64,000 nt of DNA from positions 63,502,454 through 63,566,453 of the forward strand of contig NC_133619.1 in NCBI RefSeq assembly GCF_048593235.1. The letters are read 5' to 3'. How positions within the stretch are numbered: the first letter of the stretch is position 1; each line of letters begins with the position of its first letter. Both the position numbers and the translations under genes were made by a program. The notes below the pieces were generated by a model. The model did not search any database. It was not told the origin of the DNA and worked only from the letters and a program-made list of their open reading frames with translations. Of this stretch, positions 37,590 to 51,651 are shown piece after piece. The stretch is from Sminthopsis crassicaudata (taxonomy: Eukaryota).

Positions 37590-39674
37590 CCAGCAGTCCC
37601 CCTGAGCCCAGGCAGGTCCTGTTCCAGCAGTCCCCCCGAGCGCAGGCGGGTCCTGTTCCAGCAGTCCCCCCGAGCGCAGGCGGGTACTGTTCCAGCAGTC
37701 CCCCCGAGCGCAGGCGGGTACTGTTCCAGCAGTCCCCCCGAGCGCAGGCGGGTACTGTTCCAGCAGTCCCCCCGAGCGCAGGCGGGTACTGTTCCAGCAG
37801 TCCCCCCGAGCGCAGGCGGGTACTGTTCCAGCAGTCCCCCCGAGCGCAGGCGGGTACTGTTCCAGCAGTCCCCCCGAGCCCAGGCGGGCACTGTTCCAGC
37901 AGTCCCCCCGAGCCCAGGCGGGCACTGTTCCAGCAGTCCCCCCGAGCCCAGGCGGGCACTGTTCCAGCAGTCCCCCTGAGCGCAGGCGGGCACTGTTCCA
38001 GCAGTCCCCCTGAGCGCAGGCGGGTACTGTTCCAGCAGTCCCCCCGAGCCCAGGCAGGCACTGTTCCAGCAGTCCCCTCCCCCCCCCAGGCAGGTACTGT
38101 TCCAGCAGTCCCCCCGAGCGCAGGCAGGCACTGTTCCAGCAGTCCCCCTGAGCCCAGGCGGGCACTGTTCCAGCAGTCCCCTCCCCCCCCCCAGGCAGGT
38201 ACTGTTCCAGCAGTCCCCCCAAGCCCAGGCAGGCACTGTTCCAGCAGTCCCCCTGAGCGCAGGCAGGTACTGTTCCAGCAGTCCCCCCAAGCCCAGGCAG
38301 GCACTGTTCCAGCAGTCCCCCCGAGCGCAGGCAGGTACTGTTCCAGCAGTCCCCCTGAGCGCAGGCAGGTACTGTTCCAGCAGTCCCCCCAAGCCCAGGC
38401 AGGCACTGTTCCAGCAGTCCCCCCAAGCCCAGGCAGGCACTGTTCCAGCAGTCCCCCTGAGCGCAGGCAGGTACTGTTCCAGCAGTCCCCCCAAGCCCAG
38501 GCAGGCACTGTTCCAGCAGTCCCCCCAAGCCCAGGCAGGCACTGTTCCAGCAGTCCCCCTGAGCGCAGGCAGGTACTGTTCCAGCAGTCCCCCCGAGCCC
38601 AGGCGGGCACTGTTCCAGCAGTCCCCCTGAGCGCAGGCAGGTACTGTTCCAGCAGTCCCCCCAAGCCCAGGCAGGCACTGTTCCAGCAGTCCCCCCGAGC
38701 GCAGGCAGGTACTGTTCCAGCAGTCCCCCTGAGCGCAGGCAGGTACTGTTCCAGCAGTCCCCCCAAGCCCAGGCAGGCACTGTTCCAGCAGTCCCCCCAA
38801 GCGCAGGCAGGTACTGTTCCAGCAGTCCCCCCAAGCCCAGGCAGGTACTGTTCCAGCAGTCCCCCCAAGCCCAGGCAGGCACTGTTCCAGCAGTCCCCCC
38901 GAGCGCAGTCAGGTACTGTTCCAGCAGTCCCCCAAGCGCAGTCAGGTACTGTTCCAGCAGTCCCCCAAGCGCAGTCAGGTACTGTTCCAGCAGTCCCCCA
39001 AGCCCAGGCAGGTACTGTTCCAGCAGTCCCCCCGAGCCCAGGCGGGCACTGTTCCAGCAGTCCCCTCCCCCCCCCCAGGCAGGTACTGTTCCAGCAGTCC
39101 CCCCGAGCCCAGGCGGGCACTGTTCCAGCAGTCCCCCTGAGCGCAGGCAGGTACTGTTCCAGCAGTCCCCCCAAGCCCAGGCAGGCACTGTTCTAGCAGT
39201 CCCCCCGAGCGCAGTCAGGTACTGTTCCAGCAGTCCCCCAAGCGCAGTCAGGTACTGTTCCAGCAGTCCCCCCAAGCCCAGGCAGGCACTGTTCTAGCAG
39301 TCCCCCCGAGCGCAGTCAGGTACTGTTCCAGCAGTCCCCCAAGCGCAGGCAGGTACTGTTCCAGCAGTCCCCCCAAGCCCAGGCCGGCACTGTTCCAGCA
39401 GTCCCCCCGAGCCCAGGCGGGCACTGTTCCAGCAGTCCCCCCGAGCCCAGGCGGGCACTGTTCCAGCAGTCCCCCAAGCGCAGGCGGGCACTGTTCTAGC
39501 AGTCCCCCCGAGCGCAGTCAGGTACTGTTCCAGCAGTCCCCCAAGCGCAGGCAGGTACTGTTCCAGCAGTCCCCCAAGCGCAGGCAGGTACTGTTCCAGC
39601 AGTCCCCCCAAGCCCAGGCCGGCACTGTTCCAGCAGTCCCCCCGAGCCCAGGCGGGCACTGTTCCAGCAGTCCC
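37590..39674. repeat. 34-bp (33-35) GC-rich minisatellite, about 61 units
   Basis: Unit ~TTCCAGCAGTCCCCCCGAGCGCAGGCGGGTACTG; period measured at 37690/37724; invariant core ACTGTTCCAGCAGTCCCC; unit count estimated from length. Confidence 0.98.
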
Positions 39675-39939
39675 GGAATCTCAAACCCAGACCCTCCCTG
39701 TTTAGCCTCTCATTATTAACTCTGATCCTAGAGCATCCCTGCCCCTCCCTTCCTCCCTCCTTAGCATCACTACTAACTCTGGTCCTTGGGCGTCCCTGCC
39801 CCTGCCTCCCAGACTCTTCGACCCTATGACCCTTGACCCTCTAACTCCTCGACAGCTCTGACCTCTTAGTCCCTCCCATAGCACTCCCCCTTCCCGCAAC
39901 GCCGACCTGTCCAGCCTTTAAGGAGCAGGCTCCCTCTCT

Positions 39940-40760
39940 CACTAGGTCGGACCTCTGCCCCGGGACCCGGAGGGCCCCCCTGATTCCGGGCCCCTGTGCC
40001 TCGCCAGCCCCTCAGTCACCCCCAGCTTGAAGCCGGTCGAGCTCCACCCCCGCCCCCCGAGCAGCCCCCCGGGTTGCCTGACCGAGTTAGTCCGCAGCAG
40101 GGGCAGGCGGCCTCCCCGCAGGGCCCTTTCCCCTCCCTCTCCCTCTTTCAGAGCCGGGCGGAGGCCCTCGGGCTGGGGCGACGCGGAGGGAGGGCTTGAC
40201 GGCCCGCTCCATGGAGGCACTTGTGCGGGCAGCTCCGAACCGTCTCCCAGCCGCCTCAGGCCCCAGCGAGGACCCCGGCGTCTACGGTCGCCTAGTAACG
40301 GCGGCTGGCCGCCGGCCCCTCGGCCTCTCCACCTACAGGTCTGCGGGAAGGCACTTCCGGTTCCGGCGCAGGCAGCAGGAGGAGATGGCGGCGGCCGCGG
40401 CGGCAGCCGGGGAGGAGGACTGGTAACTGCCGGGGACGCGGGACCTGGCTGGCGGCCGCTCCTGGCCTGGGACGGGCCGGGCCGACGGCCCCATCCTGGA
40501 GGCCCGGGGTGGGGGTTGGGGGGACGGAACTCGAAGGTGGGGACACTGTGGGGTCTGGCTGACGGGTCGGCCCACGCCTCCAGCCTTGCCCGACCGGGTG
40601 TCCGCCTCCTGTCGGCTCCGCGCCCCGCGGGAGCCGGCCAGGCCCCCCGCGACCCCAGCCGAGCGCCCGCTCCTCCGCCCCATCGACCTCCTACAGCAGC
40701 GGGACCCAGGGCCAGGCGAGGGGCTCCCCCAAAGCTCAAGGGGCCCCGACCAGGAAAGAG
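39940..40760. promoter_or_regulatory. Bidirectional CpG-island promoter STK36/RNF25
   Basis: Divergent genes; X-box GTCGCCTAGTAAC 40287-40299, tandem ETS ACTTCCGGTTCCGG 40353-40366, YY1-like AGATGGCGGC at the RNF25 ATG. Candidate STK36 exon-1 donor GG|GTGACT at 40020/40019 (uncertain). Confidence 0.8.
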
Positions 40761-43700
40761 GACTAGGGTGTCCCTGCCATCCCCCACCCCCATCCTTCCA
40801 CCTGTTTCGTGTTGGTAGGCATTGACGTTCGTGGGGATGCAAGCCCCCCAAAGCCGAGCAATGGGGCAGACTCGGGATTCTTGCAGGGGTTGAGATGTAG
40901 GCGGATCCAAACACATTTTCAGCGACTTGGTGCTATCATCAAACGGCTCTTTCCGGGGAAACTTGGAGGCCGAGCTGTAGGGACTCTCCGGGGAGGGCCT
41001 GACGAGCTCTCTGCTATCCCCTCCCCCACTCCCTGCGAGAGGGGGAGGGCATCCAGAAAAGCCTGGGACTCCTAATTTCTGAACGCCCATGAGAAAAGTC
41101 AGGACCTAAGTGCCTGTAGTTTCTTGGGTAACTAGCAATTATATTGGCGACTACCATGCTGCAGACCAGCATTACTCATGCGTGGGGTTTAGAGAGATGA
41201 AGTAGAATCACAGACAGAGCTAGAAGCCGGCATCCAGTCCTGTCATATAAAAAATGTTGACTTGCTCCAGGCTCCCTGGGGGTAAATGGGCCATAGTTTG
41301 GGTGCCATTATTTGTCGACCCTAAGGCACAGTGAAGGACCAGCAGGTTTGGCTGTTGGAAAGCTTCGATTCTCATGCTGGTTTTGCCTCTTAGCCACTGG
41401 GGGCTTTTGAGACCCCTTAATGCTGCAAAATTCTGTTTTTATTATTACTCACTCTTGTTTCCTCCCGTTTTGAAGTAGGTATGGAAAAGGAATGAACTGG
41501 GATCTAAGAGATGTGTTTCTCCTGTGCTTCTCAAAACAGCAATCTCTCTCCTCTAGGGCCCTCTTGCTTGGGTCCTGATAAGGTCCCACTTTGGGAAAAG
41601 GAGAGTTTTTTGTTTCTCCATTTTCAGGAAGTTTACAGAAAGACAACAGCAAATGTAACTTTTCCACATAGTTGTAAAAATCCCCAAGCCGTGATAGCCT
41701 TAAAAAATGATCCCCAACTTGTGGAAAAGGAAGACTGAAAATGACATAGAACCTTAAACTCTGCTCTTCAGTACCCTCTAGGACGAACCCCCTTCCTCCT
41801 AGGATGTCAGTAAGGAAGGACATGGTGCAAAAGCCATCTCTTTTCCCAGGGTTCTACCCTCTGAAGTAGAGGTGTTGGAGTCTATCTACCTGGATGAATT
41901 ACAGGTGGTTCAAGGAAATGGGAGGTGAGTACTCAACTGGGACTGAAAAGGGCTTCGGAAAGCAATAAGGGAATGATCTTGACTGAGACCATCATGACCT
42001 GAGAGAGTATGAGAAGTGAAGGAGTTCTCAAAGAAAGAAGGGTGATAGCTTTAAGTTAGCATAGGACAGAATCCCTCCTCCTTCCTCTAGGGAGGGAATT
42101 CTCAACTCATCACACCCGTCACTCCCAGTTCCCATCCAAGATCCCATCTTGAATCATCACAATAACTATCCCCAGGTCTTCACCATGGGAAATCTGCATC
42201 ACACTACATCCTGCTACAGCTGAAGACCAGGATTCACAATTTGTCTGCTTCACCTTGGTGTTACTGGTCCCTGCACAGGTGAGGTGCTTATTGGGTAACC
42301 ACAAAGTAAGGAGAAATGCTGGGGTGTGGAGAGAGGGTATTTCATACTGGTCTGGTCTCTTTTTTCCAGTACCCCAATGAGGTGCCTAAGATCTCTATCC
42401 GTAACCCCCGAGGGCTCTCAGATGAACAGATTCACAAGTAAGTGTTGCATTGACCAACATAGGATAGAAGCAGGGCACATCTTAACATAATTTTTGTTAT
42501 GTTACCAACATAGGGTATCTCTTTTGCAAGAAGTGGAAAGGAACTGTTCTAACATCGGGATTGGGTTCTCCTTTTCAGGATCTCACAGGCACTGAATTGT
42601 GTGGCTGAGGCCGGACTGGGCACTGCTGTGCTTTATGAACTCATTGAGGTGAGTTGGGCTCTAGGGAGACTTCCTTCCTCTCATGCCAAAGCAGGTTTAG
42701 CCATGGGTCTAGAGTCATTCATTTCTCCTAAAGTCAGTTCAACCCTTTCCCTCCCTTTGGGTAAAGACTGACCCAAATTGATGAAAGGCCTATTTTAAAA
42801 GGCTCCAAAGGGAGAGGATCTACAAGCTTTTTCATTTGTTTTTACTCCATTATCTTGAAAGCTGACAAGACTGAAAGAATACTTTTTTTTTGTCTAACAT
42901 AGTGCTTCATTCATTTCCTGTTTTTTTCCCAGTGGTGAGAGAAAAGAACATATGGATCTTCTTTATGTCTGAGACTCAGTTTCAGATAGTGTGTACACTG
43001 GTGCTACAGGAGGTAGAAAATAACCAGAAGACAGTCCCTATACTCAAAGCTTACCTTACATCCAAAAAAGCAACATCTCACATTTACATTAGCATTCTGA
43101 TGTTTGCAAGGCTCTTCTCTTTCACTAAGAGAAGAGAAATTCCCTTTCTTTTAGGCTTACTGCCTCATAATAGACCTTAGCAACATAAGGAAGGGCAAGT
43201 TAAAAATATGCCTCTTACTTAAAGACCTTACCTCTTTATAATTGCCCTGATTTTTTTTAATCAGTTCTATTTTTCATGGGTAGAAAACCAAAAACTTCTT
43301 TAGAATCCCAGCCCAGTCATTTTAAGTTTTCTGGAGAAGACAAACCTTGTATCAGTCAGAGAGGGATGGAGTGTAAGGAGTATTTGGGAGGATGATTAAA
43401 TTAGGCCTCTATTCCTTCCTGAGTCAAGACCTTATAATGTGCCTTTCCACTTTGAAATGAAATTCAAGACTATTAAGTGCATCATATAAATGGAAATAAC
43501 CATACTTTGGTACTATCTGCTCAGGAATTTTAGGAGAATCAAAAAAGTTAACATGTGTGAAAGTGCTTTGTAACCATAAAACACCAATATAGAGGCTATC
43601 ACTTTGTGTTCAAACACTGAAACATTTCAAAGACAAAATATGACTTTTAGGTTATCTGCCTTTGGGATTAACCATACTTCTTCTCACACAGTCCCTGAAG

Positions 43701-46376
43701 TCCAGAATCAGCAGTGGAATAGACTAACCTGTGAGGGCAGCAGTGATGCCAAATAGAGAAAACATCAGCTGGGAAGACTGTTTTTAAAGCGGGTGGAAAA
43801 CACGGATTGGTCTTTAGAAAGGCAAGGCACTAGCACAATGAGCTTGTACCTAGAATTTACCAGAGCTGAGGAAGCCAAAGTGTCCTTAAAGTAGATGTCA
43901 CAAAGGTTCATGCCCTAAAACTTGTGCACCTGCAGATGGGAGAGTCCCTCAGGCCCTTATTCAAACTTGTTCTCGTTAAAGAAACACTTGAAACAAGCTT
44001 GGTTACCACAGACACACAAATTAAAGGGATGGGCTACCACAGGCAGATCCCTGACAGCAATGAGAATGGACAACTTGAAAGCCTGGTAGTAAAAAGGAAA
44101 AAAAAATCAAGAAAACCCAAAGTTACAGCAGTCTAGGAATTATTTGTTAACAGGGTCTAAGGGCCTCATTAGAATATGCTTCAGGACAGCAATTTATGAC
44201 AACTAGCTAGAAAGTTATTTGTCTATAATTTAAGAAGCATAGAATGTGGGATAGCTACTTGGTATAGTAGATAGAGCACCATCCCTGAAGTCAGGAGGAC
44301 CTGAATTCAAATCCAGCTTCAGACACTTGATTACTAATTAGCTGTGTGACTCTGGGCAAGTCATTTAACCCCAATTGCCTTAGCAAAAATAATAATAATA
44401 AAGTATAGAATGTACTTCAGAAAACTTCATCCTAAATGAAATTTTTTGAAAAATAGCATTCTTTGCCATCTGGAAAACATTGAGAATGATCTATTCCTGG
44501 AGGTTTCAGGTGGCAAAGGCTTTGGTCCAAGCAGTGACTACATAGAGGTGGCAAGTATATTAACTAAAGAAACAGAAACTGCCCAGGGCAGAGCTTTCTA
44601 GATGGAAGGCTGCTGTCTGCACCCACCTAAGCAAGCTGGTTTTTCTCCTCTCCCCTACCCGCTTCTCTTTCTAGAAGGGAAAGGAGATCCTCACAGACAA
44701 CAATATTCCACATGGCCAGTGTGTCATCTGTCTCTATGGTTTCCAGGTCAGTGGGAGGAGGGGGACGAGGGGGGTGTGGGTGTGCCCAGTCCAGCCTCAG
44801 CCACACAATTCAGTGCCTGTGAGATCCTGAAAAGGAGAACCCAACCCCAAGCCGTTCCCTTTCTGACCAGGAGAAAGAAGCTTTCACTAAGACCCCCTGT
44901 TACCACTACTTCCATTGCCATTGCTTGGCCCGCTACATCCAGCACATGGAGCAAGAACTCCTGGCCCAGAAGGAGGAGCAGCAGCAACATCCCGGCTCTC
45001 CAGTGGAGCAGGTAGCAGCTGCCTGGGCTCGGCCTCACCCCCATGTTCCCCCAGCCCTGAGCAGCCATTAGACCTCTTCCTGTCCTGTCCCCAGGATCTA
45101 ACATTGGGACACGTGTTTCCCAAGCATGCTTCTCCCCTCCCCTTTCTCTCTTAGTTACTTCTTGTAGCAAAAATAAAAGGAGGATGCAGTGGGAGAAGAG
45201 TTCAGCATCTAATACAGACAATTGGACACTGAGTACTCCTCACTTGAAGGGGGAAGGTCGCTGTCTTAGAGCTTTTCCATGGAGACAATTTCATCATTTT
45301 GTGTGGCAGGGTGTCGGTGTCCAGTGTCCAGTCTGCAGAGAGCTCCTGGTCTATGACCTCGCCATGCTGCAGGCAGCTCCCCCACCTCAACATCCTCTGG
45401 TAAGAGGGCTATAGGGCAGGTGGGGAAGATGGCCCCAGCTCCTCAAGGCTTTTCCAAAGGGGCACCTCATCTGCCTTTGAAGGACAGGGTGAGGCAGCCA
45501 CAAGTGGCCCTGGGCCAACCAGTTCCCTTTTACTCCTTCCAGGAGCCATACCAGCCTGATGCAGAGAGCTTGAGGCAGCGGGAGGAGAGGCAGAGGCTCT
45601 ATGAGAGGCAGCAGCAGCGCGGGGGGATCATAGATCCAGAAGCTGAACGGAACCGCTATTTCATCAGCCTCCAACAGGTGAGGAAACCTCTTCCTGATTC
45701 CATCACACCTGTTGGGACTACAGAACCACAGATAGTTTGGAGTGGCAGAGGGTGTGGGGATGCCAAAGTTGGGGTGCTGCACTGAAGGACCCCATCCTCA
45801 CTGCATTTCTCCTTTTTCTAGCCTTCCCCTCTGGAGCCTGAGGTGGCTCAGGATGCCTCCAAGGGATCTCAGCCACCAGGTGCCCCTGCCACAGCTTTGC
45901 CCACCCCACCAGACACTCTGCCTGTTGCCCCACTGCCTACAAGAGAAAGGATCTCAGGGGCTGGGCCAAGCCAACCAGGGCTGAATGAGCTACAGAGAGC
46001 AGAAAGAGACACCTCCAGGGCCTGCCGGACCCCTGGGCAACAGTCAGAGCAGAAAGACCTTCGGGGAAGTGGGAACTCTGCCCCCAAAGGCTCCAGTTGT
46101 ACACAAGAACTGCCCCCTCCCACAGGGCCATTCAAAGAGCCCATGGACCTGAAGCCAGAGCCTCAGAGTCAAAGGGTTGAAGGCCCCAGCAAGGAGAAGG
46201 GGGCTGGCAACTGGCAGGGGCCCCCAAACCGCAGGAACTGGGAATGTGGTCGCTGGGAACGTTCCAAAGGCCGGACGCCTGGCTCCTCTTATCCCCGCCT
46301 GCCTCGAGGTCGGGGAGCATACCGGCCCAGTACTCGCAGGGAACCTCCAGGCCTGGAACCAGAGGAGGCTTCCTAG
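40385..46376 (+). CDS. RNF25: E3 ubiquitin ligase RNF25 (RWD domain + RING-H2), 10 exons, 448 aa
   Basis: MAAAAAAAGEEDWVLPSEVEVLESIYLDELQV (RWD), CVICLYGF...CYHYFHCHCL...CPVCRE (RING), C-terminal WERSKGRTPGSSYPRLPRG. Exons: 40385-40422, 41850-41924, 42176-42278, 42370-42437, 42579-42648, 44675-44746, 44871-45011, 45310-45399, 45543-45677, 45822-46376 (1347 nt, GT-AG, in phase). Confidence 0.97.
44248..44400 (+). mobile_element. WSINE1-like SINE in RNF25 intron 5
   Basis: Consensus match with (AAT)n tail; TSD AAG(C/T)ATAGAATGT. Confidence 0.88.
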
Positions 46377-46418
46377 CAGGAATTCTGGGGGACAGGGGAT
46401 AATGGGTGGGAGGGAAGC

Positions 46419-46424
46419 AATAAA
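46419..46424 (+). terminator. RNF25 polyadenylation signal AATAAA
   Basis: AATAAA 43 nt after the RNF25 stop. Confidence 0.7.
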
Positions 46425-46798
46425 GAGTATTGGCCCAGCTCAGCCAACTCTGCTTGCTGCTGCCTCTGGAAGTAAAAAGTCTAGTCTTTAGAAGCTATAT
46501 CCTTGCCAAATTTGTGACGGAAGGAAGGAAGAGGCAAAGGTGGCAAGATAATTCTTTAAATCCTTCTGTATTTGTATAGAAGTTGTGATGGCCATGAATG
46601 TTAGAAAAAGGAATGTACTCCTAAACTTGTTCTGTCTCCTCAACTGTGGCTATTTCTGTAGGACCTCAGGTTAAGTGGAAGTTCCTTAGTAATAACCCAG
46701 TGTCTGCCTCCCTTCCTCTTCTCCTCCCTCCCCTTTCCCCCATTTTTAAATACTAGCAGGAAATTTAATCAGAGAGGTACTGGTGCTATGAACAGTGT

Positions 46799-48866
<2,068 letters not shown>

Positions 48867-51651
48867 CGTGGGGGGCTCCTCTCAGGGGGTCTTCAGCATC
48901 GCCGACCTGGGGGGAGGAGCGGGCAGGTGTAGGGGAAGGAGGAGCCCCGGACCCTCCCCGCTCTCCCCCCTTCCCCGCGAGCTCCAAGGTCACACGTGGG
49001 AAGGGGCAGGAGCCCTGCGCCCCACTCCCGGAACTGCAAGGTAACCCCGGCAGGGCTCCTACCTGGGCTCTAGAGAGAGGGGCGCGGCGAGAATGGGGGC
49101 GCCGAACCAGCCCCTCTGCTCTAGGGCTGGGAAACGGAGAACGCGCCGCGGGGAGGCTCGTGCGACTCCCCTCGGAGCTGCAAGCTGCAGGAGCCGCCAC
49201 CGGGCCAGAGAAATCCGGGAGGACCCGCTGCCACCCTCGGAGCCGCCAGGCACCTGCCTCAGGGTCTCCGCTCCGCACGCGGTTACTCTCAGAGGCGCCC
49301 TCTGACCGCGTCCCGTCATGCTCTCGGGTCCCGGCCCGGCGCCTGGCCGCTCTGGCCCGCCCTCTCTATGGTACTCTCCTCCGACCTCCTCGCCTGCTCT
49401 CCTGACACCGAGGGGAGGAACCATAGAGTAACAGCCCCGCCTCCCCCGGCTGGAGGAACGAGAAAGAGAGGCCTTCTTCCGCCCGGAGCGCCGAAGCCCG
49501 CTGGGCCGGAGGCGGGCGCCCACAGGGGCTGACGGGGCTGCTCCTTCCTGCGCCGACCATAGAGATGCGCCTCCCGCCGGCCCGAGCCTGAGGTGGGTGA
49601 CCCAGGAGGGCACAGACGTGGGCTGGGAGGGAGCGGAGGGGAGGCCCTGCGGCCCCCGACCCTCGTAAGGAGGGAAAGGGGAGAGGGACGCTCGGCTTCC
49701 CTGGCGCGGAAGGAAGGAGCCGGGAGCCCGGGCCGCCCGCCTAACCCCTGAGGAGGTTACCCACACACACCTGCCCCCGCGTCAGGGCTCCGCCCCCTCC
49801 GCCCTCCCAGGTGGGACCCTCCCCTGCCTGGCTGAGACCCCCTAACTCTCCGCTCATCCTGGCTGCGTGAGGCTCCCAGAGTTCCCTGCCCGGCCCAGCT
49901 GTGTGAGACCCCGCAACCCCCAGCCCCTCCCGCTCGTGCGAGACCCCTGGCTCAGCTACCTGTGTGAGACCTCTGGGCTTCCCACCCATTCTGCCTGCGT
50001 GAGACCTCCACAAAGCCCCGCCCGTCTCCCCTGGCTGAGACCCCACAACCCTCACCCCATCCCCCATCCAGCCCAGATGACGCTCCTCCACCGGAACAGC
50101 TCCCTCCCTGCAGCCTGCCCTTGAGACCCCCTTCCCCGCCCCCATGCACCAGCCAGAAGGAGGACCCCTCCCCCCTGCAGGCTGCCCGTCCCTCTTCCCC
50201 CAAGCAGACACTGGGCGTTCCTGAGCAGGACCGGTGCAGTCTGTCCCCACCCCCGGGCTGGCCCCTCCCTCCCAGAGATGGGGCTGTGACTGCCCTGAAG
50301 AAGGAAGGGGGGAGGGGGTGTCCTCTGCCAGCTTAGTCTCCCACCCCAGTCTCTCTTCCTTAGGCCCCATCCAGGCCTTGGCTCTTTTGGGTGATTGCCA
50401 CCCTTCCCCTGCTGATTTTTCCGCCCGGTGTCACTGGCACAAGTGGGCACGGGGCCTCAGCACCAGCACAGCCCAAGTCCTGCCTCCAGACTCGGCGCCC
50501 GGCAGCTCCCTAAGCAGAAAGGGGGCGGGCCGGGGGAAGCCCCTCAGCCTCCGAGCCAGGTTCACTTAGCACCTAATAGAGGTCTGTCACTTGGCTTCCC
50601 ATTTCTGTGCCCGTTATACTGTGTTAAGGGACTTGCCCAGGGTCACAGAGCTGTGCTCGAGCCCTGCTCCAGCGCCCCGCCCGGCAGGGAGGATTCAGAA
50701 GTCCTTTGGTTCAGTGAAGTGTCAGTCAGGAAGGAACTGCTTTGTCATGGTTGTTATCTTGGCCTTATTCTTCCAGGGATTCTATATTCTTCTAGTGCTG
50801 CATAGAATTCCACTGTATATAATCCCATGGGTCACGTAGGAGTGAAGGTTTTTAAACTGGAAGCAACCTTAGAGGTCCCCTACTCGAACTTAGCTGGCAG
50901 CGTCCAGGCTCGACTGACTAAACGTAATTGGGAAATATTTAACAAAATACATAATGACATAATACATCTAGATGATGTTACTTAAAAAAAACTTAGTAAA
51001 CTATTACTCTTCTCCAATTACGGGGAAAGGTAGTTTGCAACATTCATTTTTTCTCCCTCCCCTAAGACACAAGCAGTCCGATGGCGCTTATACTCAGCCG
51101 AGATGTTACATATGTTCACGTTAGGAGGACGTCCCATTTTAACACTAAGTCAGTAGGTGGCCCTCGGGGATCCTCGGGAACAGCCCAGTGGCCCCGTTTC
51201 TGCTGAACGGGGCACCACTGATTTAGTTCAACCTACTTTATTTTGCAGATGAGAAAACCAAGCACCAAGAAGTTAAATGGCTTGTTCAAGGTCACACAGG
51301 CAGTGAGTGGGGGCCCTGACGTCAAGCCCAGGTCCTCTGACTAAAATCTAGTGCTTTTCTCCCTATTGATTTCCATTATTAATCCCTCCTATTGTGCAGT
51401 TCTTAATTTTTGCTATTGAAAACAAGAGAATACTTTTCTGGATTATTCACAATAGCTGGTACCATGATCATGTGGTGATACCCACTGGACATTCCCAGGC
51501 TCACCATCTCCTTACCAGATGACTCATTGGGCTTATGGGGAGCTGCTGGCGTTGATGGGGACCCAGGAGGAAACTGACTGTACATCTTTTGCTTTTTCTC
51601 TCAGTTGGCTTGTTAGCATCTCAAGGAAATGCAGCATCTCTGTGGGAGGTG

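Noticed and set aside
37590-39674. CRISPR-like appearance (constant core plus variable part)
   Set aside because: The variable parts are point variants of one 16-bp sequence, not unique spacers; the context is a vertebrate genome with no cas genes.
37467-39684. Long minus-strand ORFs (602, 548, 409, 121 aa) with repeated GGLLEQ/GTAGTVP/GDCWNS peptides
   Set aside because: The G-rich strand of the 34-bp unit has no stop in any frame, and 33/35-bp units shift between frames freely. All three frames are open, so this is a repeat artefact unless Ribo-seq shows otherwise.
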